A stretch of DNA of 64,000 nt from Balanoglossus misakiensis (taxonomy: Eukaryota > Animalia > Hemichordata). The DNA is taken from NCBI GenBank assembly GCA_040954595.2, contig CM082583.2, forward strand, positions 8,058,849 to 8,122,848, read 5' to 3'. The position numbers and the translations under genes are program-made. The notes under the pieces were generated by a model, which worked only from the letters and a program-made list of their open reading frames with translations, had not been told where the DNA came from and ran no database searches. This document shows, piece after piece, positions 27,151 through 39,432 of this stretch (positions within the stretch are counted from its first letter, which is position 1; each line of letters starts with the position of its first letter).

Positions 27151-29354
27151 GTCCGTCTCACCATAATCACAAGCGCGGCCTATACAACTTCATTCGGCTA
27201 AATTTCCCAGTGACACGAATCGCGGGTGTTATCAGTTTTGACTGGACAACTCTGTCGGTATCAGCAACTGCTACTGTATACGCCAAGTGATGACGTTTCC
27301 GCAGCTGGGGGATCTCAGCGGGGCGTGCGTGGTCATTTGTCACGCGAGCTGGAGCCAAATGGTAATGCTTTGCGACGCGATGATCCTCGTTCTCGGATAA
27401 CACAGGGCATCACTAGTGCTACTGGTGGTGGCGCGCTCACGTTATCACTGGCTCGTCATCTGCCGGAATTATACGAGCGCAAGGTCTCTGTGAATTAATC
27501 CGTCGCACGGTTAAAAAAAATACGAGTATATTTACAGTTAGATGGTGCGTGTAATAAGTGTTATTTCTGGAGCAATCTGACGAACAGTCGTGCATCGCTG
27601 GAAGCAGAAAGTTAAATTGACTGTGTGGTATTTCAATTACATGCAGCTTGATAGCGTCCGTCCTTCGTTGCATGTCATGCTATGTTACCCTCGGTGACCG
27701 CGCTCCATGACCCGATGTTCCGTTCTTTCCGAGCTACCGGATACCTTTTCCCGTTTGCCGTATGCTTAAATGTATATGGTGTCGGTCTCAACGAACATGC
27801 CTGACAGCTGTCGCGGCATCTATATGTACACGCGTTTAGTCTGGAAACAGAAGACCCCACAGAAGATCGAAGCTTGAATTTGTACTACCGGCACAGTGCA
27901 CATAACTGTTTTATATATATTTGTCCAATTTCAGCGAAATGTTACCGGCATATGAATCACGCGTCGTAAATGTCTCTCTGTCGGTTTAAACTTGTGTGCG
28001 TCAGATCTCGGAACTATAAAGCAAAGAGTGGTTGATTTTAGATTTCCTTCCGAAGGTACATCCACAGTCCACAGATTTACCAACCAAAAAACGCCAGCTC
28101 ATTTGCTCCATCCGTCTTACCAGCATCATCCATAACTCACTGTCACGTCAAACACAAAATGAAATAGCTTTATCCCTTTGACATTTTGCTGGCGATTTAC
28201 TGCTGTCTGTTTATTTCTGTCGTAAAGCGACAAACCAGTTCACAAAATATTCATTCAGAAATTGGTGTCTGTGGTGACACCTATACGATGCTCCTTGGAG
28301 ATGTACGTCAGACATGTCCATGGCAGACGGACACAACAACGCCCTTTTGGATTTATTTATATTTGATGACCCCCAAAGCCATGTGAACCAGGGGTGGAAA
28401 ACATTTTGAGATTTTTTATGTCTGCGTTCAAATAAACACTATATCGTTTAAACATCCCTCAACATGATATATGGTTTGTCATGGGTTTCACGAACAAGAT
28501 TAAAATAAAAAAGACGATTTTGTTTTCTTTATATTCTATATCCCATCAAAATACGCCACAACCTTTTAGCAAAGGTTATACTGCGGTGACATTGATATCA
28601 GTGGGTGATAATTTATGAGATTGTCATGTGAATCAGGGAAGTTGCAAATGCATTATCACTGCACGATTGCAAATTTGTCAGGATCTGACAAATTTACATC
28701 TCCATGATAGAGTCATGACATGTGAAGACTACAATGTCATCACTGGTATTTAATTAGCGACCACATACCATGAATAACACCATATTCTATGAATTGCGTC
28801 ATATGCCTGTATATTGCATGGCGTGAGAAGAGCGCCAACAACGGCGTTCCTCGTGAAACAAAAATCGACAAAAGTGGAATCTGAAGAAAAAGACCTGACA
28901 CTGTCTCTTCAAAACATTGCCCCATTCTCGAGATATGGAAACGTTATTCCAGTTTGGCTTGCGCCTGAGGGCATATACTTCACATCATTTGAACCCTGAG
29001 CTCCAGAGCAAAATATCCTCAATTATTCTGCGACCCACGCAGCAATGCCAAAAACGCGTAATCTAAAACCCCGGCTGACTAAGATTACATACTTCCGTCA
29101 AATCGGACCTGTTTTCTGCATTACCATCCTTGGCACCGTCAGGCGTTATTATGTTACACGACGCCGTAGCGTGTCGCATTTTATTCTGAAATTCTCATCT
29201 GGTGAAATGAAACTTGTTGCAGTTGATGAGTGATAGAATAAACACATATGGGCAATCCATATTGTAGCTGCGGGTCGGGGTTTTGACACTGAGAGAAGAT
29301 ATATCTCTGGTTGTGAAATCTGATAGTAGGTCTAATCAAAAGAGTTCACAAGTC

Positions 29355-29897
29355 AAGTGCATCTCGTCTATACTTCTTAAACGATGCAGTGCAAGAATTC
29401 CGCGTCTTTAATTTTCTTAGTCGAGTTGATGACCGTAGGCAGCAGTCAAGGTCGGCGCGTCATTCGATTTGGCCGTGATACCGATCAATGAAGACGGGTC
29501 ACAAGAAAACTTTGGAGGCGTTTGATCAAGGGCATTATCATCCGATATCTGTTTCGGGTCCGAACCTAAATGATCAACAAGGAGCAACAAACAAGCGCAT
29601 TTTCTGTTTTGAGCCCTTTCCAAAGAATGTGCTACCGAACGACTTCATAAATCAACGGCGTCTCTTCATCGACATCCTACACGGTGCATTTTCAAGGGAA
29701 GAATTCCGCTCATTTGGTTTCCTTAGCCGCGAGCTGATGAGTGGTGGCGGCAGTCAAGGTTGTCCTTTGATTGAACGTGATACTAGATCAACTAGATCGG
29801 CCAGATGAAAACATATGACGAGGTTGATCAAGGCATCTTCGGCCAATATCTGGTTCGGTCATGAACCTACTTTACGATCAGCAGGGAGCCACAAACA
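29355..29897. repeat. Diverged tandem duplication, two ~240-bp copies at ~300-bp spacing
   Basis: Shared anchors AAGAATTCCGC, GCAGTCAAGGT, CGTGATAC..GATCAA, TTGATCAAGG, ATATCTG.TTCGG..GAACCTA and GATCA.CA.GGAGC.ACAAACA occur in the same order at ~29394-29593 and ~29699-29897. Confidence 0.8.
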
Positions 29898-30555
29898 TAA
29901 TAAACTTTAACTAGTTCTGTAAGACAAGTACAATGTATAACCATTCGAAAGAAGTGGTCGGTTCTGATCTTTTTAAGAATAACGTGCAACTTCTATCAAT
30001 TTTTATTCAGAGATCCGCACAGCATCCGGGCATAAAATAGCAAAACACGAGTCGATTCGCATATGCTTCGTCCCTGTCCGTCAGTGAAATATGCCTCTAT
30101 TCCGCAGTAGTATGTATGAGAAATCAGTATCTCTAACAGCATTATGAATTTCGGTACAGTAACAATTACACAAGTTCATTATGCTAATTACCAGCTAATT
30201 AACATGAATCTGCGAAATTTCTCTCAGTTCAGCCAATTTATATGGATACAACACAATATCTGTACACGGATAAACGAATCTAAAAACAAAGTACACTGAT
30301 CAATTTGTCGTGCTGTGGCGCTCTCCACGATGTTCTTCCGTGAGGCTGATTTTGAGTCTGAAAACAAAATATGAAAGCAAATAAGCTTCATTTTGTTGTT
30401 TGCTTACCTAAAATAATGGCTTTTAAATTTTGTTGATACTTTCCAAACGGAAACAAATACATGTGTACAAATCGATTTAGTAATTAAAACTCATCGAGTT
30501 AGGTTGTAGTGCGGCTGAAAAATTGCATGCTAGGGAGACCTATGACATCATCAAA

Positions 30556-32209
30556 ATGGCGGCTGATCCTACTGACTCTGCGATTGAATCTCTCAATGCC
30601 CGACTGGCGGTTATTGAAGACCGCGTATTAGGTAGTAATAGAAGAGAATACGCGACAAAGGATGGCAAGAAAGTGAGTTCATTTAGCCGACTTTGTACAT
30701 GTGTGTGTACTAATAACATTTTAAATTGTGGGCGCGGTTCTCTTCTCCGCCAAGTGTCAAGATGAAGTGATCGTTTCGTTTTACACAGTGCATCGTCCGA
30801 CAAATGTCATGCCACTTTCTGAGGAAAATGATTCTCATCAACTTTTGTTTGTTTTTATTGTTTCCACCTAGTGCGTTGACTCAATATGTCACTTTTTACA
30901 AAACATCAATACAGCAACTGCTGGGAGGGAGAACATTGGAGCACTGTGGAAAAGATGTGAGTATGGCATTTAATATGTTGTATGTTTTGGACTCATACAG
31001 GAATGATGCGTTCTGGATCATATACTACACAAACACATTCTTGAATAGTTTTCACCAAATCTAATTAGAATAACTGAAATCCTTAAGCAAAAAAACGATC
31101 TTTATCTTTACCTTTAATCATAACATTTGATTTTCTCCAATATCTAGTGGATGAACTAGAAGAGTACTTAGATCCCTCGCTGGTGGACAAGCTGACACTT
31201 GATGATGAACTCAAAGCAGAAATCGTGCTTGCAGGTGAGAAATTAAGCTTATCATTGTCTCCGCTATTTGTACACACATGAATTTACCAGTGCTTAATTT
31301 TCAGTTCCTATCAAAGGATGAGCCAACAAAAACGGCTCAGAATTCATGCATTTTCAGTTAATATTCCCATTAACGTTATATACATTTTGTTACAGAGGAA
31401 AATCATCTGAAAACACAAGCTGAATTACTTGAAAAAGTTCAAGAGATGAAAGGTGTGCTTGACAGTGAACATTTAAAAGGTAAAAGAAAACTACTATGTA
31501 CAAGTAAACAAGATATTGTCCTGAAAGAGAAATGAATCTCTCCGGAACACGGTTGAAAGGTCACATGAGTAATGATTGTCAAGAGGTTGACATGATTTGT
31601 CAATTCTACTGTTAATCACCACTGCTTTCATTCTTCACAGTGTCTCCAAATATGTCAGAGAAACTGCAGTCACTCGCGCACATCAACATAACTCAAAAAG
31701 TAAGTTCACTAATGACAACTAAATTTTGACGTGTATCAGTAGGAGATCAGGGATCACATGCTTGCTTTACAAGAGTTGATTTCTTCCTTGGACTAGAGAC
31801 ATTTTCCCATGCTATCAGAAACACTTTGCATGGCGGAGCCTTGCTCTTGGTGCCATCAGTTGCACCCTACACATGTTGACTTGATCGCACTGTCTTTTTC
31901 ACTTCACAGGAAGAATCTGAGAGGCTGAGTGAAGAGACCAGACAGCTTATGCAGGCTTATAATAATATTGTATCCTTTATAACTAATTTGTACTCTACAC
32001 ACACCAACTGACATTGCACTGACTACCATAGATGATTTAAAAGATTCATTACAGAATTGTACAGAAGTGTACAACTTTCAGGGTGTAGTTATTGCCCCTT
32101 AACATCACTTTTTCCTCAGATCACTTTGCTTTCCAAACAGTTTGTACAGTGGGATGAACTGATCACAAAACATGAAGTGGCCTCTCAGAGAAAACCAGGC
32201 GATGACTAG
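30556..32209 (+). CDS. DCTN3: Dynactin subunit 3 (p22/p24), ~193 aa, 7 exons
   Basis: Exons 30556-30672, 30872-30956, 31148-31234, 31396-31479, 31641-31699, 31910-31969, 32120-32209 join in frame (582 nt). Recognisable segments: LEEYLDP...KAEIVLAEE, VLDSEHLK, ITLLSKQFVQWDELI. Confidence 0.9.
31970..32119 (+). other. U12-type (minor spliceosome) GT-AG intron, last intron of DCTN3
   Basis: 5' splice site GTATCCTTT at 31970; branch-site CCTTAAC at 32097-32103, about 17 nt upstream of the AG at 32118-32119. Both match the U12 consensus. Confidence 0.88.
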
Positions 32210-32771
32210 ACAAGATCAGCACACCTCCACAGGATGTCATTTCATATCGCTCATCTGAAATCGTTATTTATGCGGATGAGCTACACAACCATTAGCTGCC
32301 AAATGCTGTCTTCACTAAAAGAGCAGAGAATGCCCTCCTTGTATGTCTATAGATCTGTAATGTACCAATCTTTGTTTTCCACAGTGAGAAATAAATTAAT
32401 GTGTTATAAAGAAAGGAAACATCTTGTATAGGTCTCGTATCTTCATTGTGGCTGCATGTTCTTTGGCAACATGCTCTCATGGTGAATAAAGATGGAAGTG
32501 ATAACCATAAATGATTAAAAGCTTTTGGAAAATCTGAACAACACTGAATTCTTGGTTCCCCCAGGTCCCAACTCAGACCCAAACCCAAAATGAGATGGCC
32601 ATGTTTTCCCCGGCCCTGTCCTCCTTGACTTCAAGAACGACATGGAAATTTCACGTTCCGGAATGGAACAAACACTACATGGAATAATCTGTGTGGTTTC
32701 TTCGAAGTACATGTATTGTGAATGGGAATTACCATCCCCATCCGGATACAACAGTTAAGTGTGATGTCGTC

Positions 32772-33017
32772 ATTCCGGTGACGTCACACTTCCGTTTTTG
32801 CAGGACATCTCCAAGGCGGAATGAGATATAACCCGGGATTGGTTGAATTTCTCCCACCCTTTCAGACGAAATAAAATACACTGTTATGCGTTTTGTCACT
32901 GTTTATAAAGAGCTCAATTTACCTGTGACTAAAATTAACTCTTTATCGTCATTGGCTGGCATTGTCACTGTTTTGATGAAGCGCAAAGAAAGCTAATCAG
33001 TGTTGCGATTGACGTCA
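32772..33017 (+). promoter_or_regulatory. Putative LARP6 promoter with CRE and ETS motifs
   Basis: ATTCCGG-TGACGTCA(32779-32786)-CACTTCCG(32787-32794), plus a second TGACGTCA at 33010-33017, upstream of the ATG at 33255. Confidence 0.45.
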
Positions 33018-33254
33018 CGACGACAGGATTAAAGGTGAAAGGTCACCAAATGCAGCCAATCAAAAGCGGTGTAGTGTCAAATGAGCAGCCAAACACTTCC
33101 ATATTGCATAGTGAAGGCAGCGAAGGAAGGGACGGTGGTCGAGTTTGACATTCACGTGGTTATTTTGCTGCAGTCGTCGCTCTAACGGGCATTTAAAATC
33201 TCTGCTCGGAACTATTATTGTTCGGTGTGTTGCTGAGATACTGCTCGGTGAAAG

Positions 33255-34793
33255 ATGACCGACGTCCAAGCCAACAACAACGTCATGTCTGTTCCAGAAC
33301 AACCGCAAACCTTGTCAGACTCAGAGTGTGGGGAAACTGACAACATGACCATGAGCACGTCGCCATACCAGAAGTATCTGCAGGTGCCAAAAATACAGGA
33401 ATTAATGGATGATGGCACAGGTTCTCCGTACACGAGCGAAGAGGAAGTACTTGACCACGATGACGATGCTCACAACGAAGCCACCGGTGAAAAGGACGAC
33501 GAAAATTGGGTACCACCAGAAGACGAACTCGTGCAAAAAATTATCAAACAAGTTGAATTCTACTTCTCCGATGCCAACATCGTGAAGGACGCTTTCCTTC
33601 TCAAGCACGTCCGCCGAAACAAGGAGGGGTATGTTAGTCTTAAATTGATTACATCCTTCAAGAAAATGAAGTCGCTGACGAAAGACTGGAAAGCTGTGAA
33701 GTACAGTCTGGAGAAATCCGATAAATTGGTCACCAATCAGGAAGGGACCAAAGTCAAACGCGTGCATCCCCTGCCCGAGTACGACGAAACAACGCCCAGC
33801 AGAAGTATTGTGGCCGTCAACCTGCCCATGCAAGAGCCGACCATAGAAGCCATAGCGGATAAGTTCTCGTCTTGTGGAGAAATAGTGCTGGTGCGAATCC
33901 TGCGCCCGGGGAAACCGCTACCTCAAGACGTGAAACGTCATCAGACCCAACACCCGGAACTAGGGAGTACTGTTTGTGCTGTTGTGGAATTCGAAAAGTC
34001 GGAGTCTGCGAGAAAGGCCATTGAAAACCTCAACGACAAGACTGACTGGAGAAATGGCATGCATGTGGCCACGCTAAGTAAGATTACCCCCAAAAAGAAA
34101 ACCAAAGACAAGAAGGAGCAAAGAGGCGAAAAACAAAACGGAGAGAAACCTGAAAGAAATTCACTGAGTCCTCCGGGTAATCAGAATACAGATGGTTGCG
34201 ATGACAGCGAAAATGAGGAGAAAGGAAAGAGACGAAGGAAGAAGAAGAACAGCCGCGTTGAAGAGTTAGTCAAGAGAGGCGATACCTCTGGATTTTCCAG
34301 TTCCTCCGATGTGGAAGCAAGCTCACCATCACCAAACAGAAAAGGGCTTAAAACAACACCCAACAATAAACAACTATCTCCCAATGTTGTCGGACAGAAT
34401 CATCTAAGTCCCAATTCACCAAAGTCCAGTCCCCACTCTAGTCCCCGGTCAAGTCCACGCGCTCGGCGTAAGGGGAACTCGGCGTTCCTCAGCCCCAAGG
34501 CCAGCCCCAAAGCAAGTCCTGAGCTGTCGAGGAAGAAAACCGACTACTCGTCCGACGGCAGCGGGTCGTCGAGTCCATGGGTTCAGCGTCGTCGCATGCT
34601 GGCCGCGCAGGAGCAGGCCACGGACGGGAGTCCCAGAAGCAGCCCGCTGCTCAGTCGAAGAATGGTCGATCCCAGCAACCCTAATAACAAACCATGCCTT
34701 GCTGGTATGGATGGTGTTATAAGACAGCCCAGAGGTCCTGACGGTACGAAAGGTTTCACAATGGGAAGAGGAAAACCAATTGTCGTGTCATAG
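33255..34793 (+). CDS. LARP6: La-related protein 6 (Acheron), 512 aa, single coding exon
   Basis: La motif (QVEFYFSDANIVKDAFLLKHVRRNKEGYVSLKLITSFKKMK), RRM (SRSIVAVNLP...CAVVEFE), SPWVQRR, and C-terminal LSA/SUZ-C motif VIRQPRGPDGTKGF. Confidence 0.95.
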   Translation: MTDVQANNNVMSVPEQPQTLSDSECGETDNMTMSTSPYQKYLQVPKIQELMDDGTGSPYTSEEEVLDHDDDAHNEATGEKDDENWVPPEDELVQKIIKQVEFYFSDANIVKDAFLLKHVRRNKEGYVSLKLITSFKKMKSLTKDWKAVKYSLEKSDKLVTNQEGTKVKRVHPLPEYDETTPSRSIVAVNLPMQEPTIEAIADKFSSCGEIVLVRILRPGKPLPQDVKRHQTQHPELGSTVCAVVEFEKSESARKAIENLNDKTDWRNGMHVATLSKITPKKKTKDKKEQRGEKQNGEKPERNSLSPPGNQNTDGCDDSENEEKGKRRRKKKNSRVEELVKRGDTSGFSSSSDVEASSPSPNRKGLKTTPNNKQLSPNVVGQNHLSPNSPKSSPHSSPRSSPRARRKGNSAFLSPKASPKASPELSRKKTDYSSDGSGSSSPWVQRRRMLAAQEQATDGSPRSSPLLSRRMVDPSNPNNKPCLAGMDGVIRQPRGPDGTKGFTMGRGKPIVVS

Positions 34794-37700
34794 GACCTTC
34801 CGTACTGATAATTACGAATTCTACTCTTCAAATCACGATAGTTACAAATAGATGGAAAAGACGCAAAGTATTCAACCTAAATGCAATGTAATTTCACTGT
34901 TTTATTTAGAACCACACATTTTTATTAACCTGCTACATTCTCTTTTAACCTGTTACAAGCAAAGTTTCAGTAACTGAAGTTATTTTAATGTTGGAAGGGG
35001 TGTTTGTCTTGTGCTTGGAATACACAGATTTCCAGGGGGTTCCATGACAAGACTTTCACAAACTGGTCTTTCCATTACAGAACCAAAACTACAGGAACTT
35101 CCACATCTACTTAACATACTGATAATTCAAGCAAGAGATATTCACAAATTATGGCATGCAAATCAGTGATCAATGACCTGCTAGATCACCTGCATAAATA
35201 TAACTAAAGATATCGTAGACTCTGGAGACCTGAGCCAATCACATTTTCATTTGGGTGGCCACACAAAAAGAAAGTGTTCTACCATATGGTTAGTAAAAGA
35301 TGGCATTATATGTAAATTACAGGTGGTTGGATGCCTTTAACTGCCAAAAACCAGATCCTCTTCTGTAATTTGCCCTTTAAGAAACATGAACGTTAAAACT
35401 TTCAGGACCAGCACCATGTTTTTACTTGCATTTTAAGCATAATGGTGATATTTTATGTTTTGCAATTATTGGTCATTGATTCAGAGAACATTTAGTTTTT
35501 AAAACAAAACAAGAAACCCCTTTCCTTCTGAGTTCTCAAACTTTTAAGTGCAGTATATTTTGTAAATGTTAAGTTGTGGTTTTTAATACTAGAGCAGAAT
35601 TGCAGCAGTGGTTTCAGTAAACACAGATCCTTTTGAGGTTGTCATCACATGCAAACAGTTCACAAGTTTTTCTGTTTGGAAGTTTTATTCTTATTATTGG
35701 CATACAAAGGGACTAAAATTGATGATAGTGTCAGTTATAGCATTTAAATACTAAAATGCATTTTTTTTAAACATTAGGTTACCAAGTAAGTTTCATATTT
35801 ATTTTTAAAAATTGTGTATTTTAAATGCCACATCTGGAAGTCTTCACAAACGTTTTATGGGAAAGAATTTCCTCATGCTATTTATAAGATAAAATGTGTT
35901 TTGTCCAGTAAAAGGGTAAACAACAAAGATGACTTGTCTCTATTGATATGTATCACAAAATATCTGTTTATGAGAATTTGCAAGATATCCATAAGAACTG
36001 TAATTTTAATGTTGTTGATTTTATAGTTTTCAAGCTTCAAGAGGACATGTTAGGAAAAATTGAACTTATTTACAATTCTTTTTTTTTTTTTGGCATCATT
36101 TGTGCCCAGTGCATATATCTGCAACGAAAAGATATATCTCTCTTGTCAATATGACCCTTGTATGTTCCCCCAACCTCGGTTATACTGTCTAGCCCAACTC
36201 GACAGAACACCGACGAATTATATCAAAGGGCATCGGGGGTCAGGGTGAAAAGAGTTATCAAAGTGGGAGTCCTGTTCCTCCCTGTAACAGCAAACAACAC
36301 CTTTGTCAACAGCCAGTGCCAGATATGTATAAAAAGGGCATTGAATGGACGTTTATCATATGAGAATCTTGCACCTGGCACTGTGTATGCTCCAGAAGTG
36401 AAAATTTACCTTTTGAAGAATAATGGAATGTAAGAAAATAATTTGCTTTTTGAGTGTCTGGAACTCTTGCACGAGGATATGGAACTGCAGAATGAGGTAG
36501 CTAATCATGAATAAATGTATTCCTTCGATATTTGTGTAATTGAACAGGAAAATAATTACATGGTTATTCCCACAAATGGATGATTTAAAGCCTCCTTCAC
36601 AGAACTGTGCTTGATCGGAGTCTGCCAAAGTTAGAATTGTATGATTTTTCTTATTCATTGAAACATATCAATTGTACATTTCAGGACGTTTTACATTGTT
36701 GTGATGTCTTGCGCGACTACTAGCAGTGTGCCTTCTGAGAAACATGCTACAAGTATTTGGAATCTTTGAGTCAACTACAGAAATTGTAGAAATTACTTTA
36801 CATGGGCCTGGCATCTCAACATGTCCTATGACATGAGCAATGTCTTGCATCATGGAGAAATTTTTTTGCATTAATAATGTACCATGTTGGGCCTATAGAG
36901 GGCACACTGAGTAGAAAATGACGTCATCCATATGAGGGTTCTAGGGAATATATGCTAGGATATCAAATTCAGTTGATTTTAGCGGCATGATACAGTATCT
37001 TCAAATATCGTGTAATATTTATATGGAGTAACTAGTTCTGATTCACACAAAACTAGTGATGAAATTATATTAAATGCATATAGACATTTTTAGCTTATTC
37101 ACTTGTGTTCTGTAATGAAAATCTGGACACGTTTTGCAATGATACCATATTCTGAAGTGTATTTATGAGAATGTTTTGTTGTGAGAATCATGAGTTTTGA
37201 AAGGTCATTGAAAATGTTACTTGCTTTTTCAGTGGCAGTGTTTTCTGCAAGTCGTCTTTTTGTTGCAAATAATATTTTTGTAATTGTGTTGAAATCTGAT
37301 GAAATCATGTATGTTTAACTATCTTTTTTTTCCATGGTAACATACATTTTTTTTTAAGTTTAACAATATAAACATGCAACAGAAGCAGCCAGATTTTATG
37401 TTGAAGTATCTTTGTTGTAAATATATTAAAAATTTATATTTTCTGTTTATTTCGAAAAAGAATAAAAAAAGCATACTTAGGAAGTTCTTCCAAAACATGT
37501 ACAAAATTTATTGATGTATAGCCTTTGCCATTCCATCTTTTCATGTCAATGAATTATGAAGCTCAGTGCTCACACATTGTTAATATTTGTGTTGTTATTG
37601 TGTTCACATCACCAGAAATCCATTCGATGAAACCGACTCATATCATTTGTGTGTATTTAGATGACAGACAGTCTCTCCTCATTCCACCAAACACTTTACA

Positions 37701-39432
37701 TAGTTGTTGATGACCCAGTCACTTCTGCTTATAATCGTGTATCTTATGAATTGATCGGAGTATTTGAACCTCAGCTGACATGTACTCCCTGACTGTGTTT
37801 CGGTAGTTCTGCTGCTGAAATGGTATGACCTTCATATGACCTTGTATCCAGCTGAACAGAGACGGGGCAAACTGCCCTCGATGATGTACGCACAGCCACA
37901 CTAGTGGAATGTAGTTTACGCAACAGCAAGATTGAATAAACCTAAACTCTTACCTTTTCTTGTAGAAGTCTGTTGTATTCTGTTTCTGTGCTCCAGTTTC
38001 ATTCATGATCAGTTATTCTCACGCTTGACCTGTGTTATTGGGAAATTTCGAAACAGTGGTGTCACTTAAGCCAAGTTCAAATGCAAACTATTTAAGTTAC
38101 CTTATACGTTATTTATATTACAAATTTCTTTTCCAGTCACGGTGTATCTCACATACTTCTCTCAAATTAAATATTCATATGGCTTCCTTGGTTACATCAT
38201 GGTACGTCCATGGTTACATCTTCCCACTGTGTGTGACGTCAGAAATGCAAACATGGCTTGAAGACATAATTACAGTTGGACAGTCTAATTACAGAGGCAA
38301 GAGGTTTTATTCACAAAATCGATCACAATGCATGTGGCTTTCGAATCACCCAATAAAACAACTGAATTCACTGATATAATGTACAGGCCATGCTGTTTTA
38401 TTTCTTTACTTTAATAATACAAGTCATTATGTCATTGTTTTATGTGCTCTAATATGTGTCGCGTGAAGAGTTCAATAGGGATGTGTTCATAACAGCATGT
38501 AAAATTAATTATTAATGCAAAACAAAAATAGCCACAATGACGCACGAGGGTGCTTATAGGAAATTATTGTTTTTAAACGGGTGATTGCCAGTCTGAAAAA
38601 TAAAAGCCTGTTTACGACTTGGGTTCTTGAACTGTCTTCCCATCCGTATTAATGTTTCACCATGTTAAACAGGGTCTTAAAAAACTAGGGGTATTTTGAA
38701 CAATAATTATTTATTTGCCAGTACCATATTTCTTTGATTATATACAGATACTCATCATGAAATTAAGTTTTGATAGAGAACTAAAAAAATTACAACCACC
38801 ACAGTCCATCTCAAGCAAGGATGGCGGAACATCAAAGACCCATGCTCTGAATATATGGCAGTTTTGTTATGGAAACACAGGTAACCAATAGTTACAGACA
38901 TCATCGGGGTGCGCTGGAAGTTGAAATACATCTGGCAATCAGATGTTTCCCTGCACCGTCAATTTGAAGGGTACAAATACTACAAAGTGATAAACAATGA
39001 TGAGATGACAAGCACATGGCTTGCTAAACCTAACATCTACTTATGTATACATCTTTTGAATATCTTACAGTACAAAAATATTAGTGCTATCATGCATCAT
39101 CACCATTGCCGGTCATACAATTTAAATTTTTATGTGTCCGATAAATAGGAATGCCATATGATTTTACATGGTTTTAAATATCAGGAAACACTGGAAAATG
39201 GAAAGTATCTTTTGATATCACTTGTGTTGCAAGAGGTTATCTACAGTAAGTAGACTCTCATGTATATACTGGTATGCAAATTGTTTAAGTGGCAAAATTT
39301 ATGGTGCATACCAGAAATGATTGAATATAAAAATAGTTCAGAATTTGGATAAACCACATTTTATCCAGAGTTGCAGGAGATATATGAAAATCCAGGTTAA
39401 CACCGCCCGGTGTTTCCACTGTGTCCAGATTC

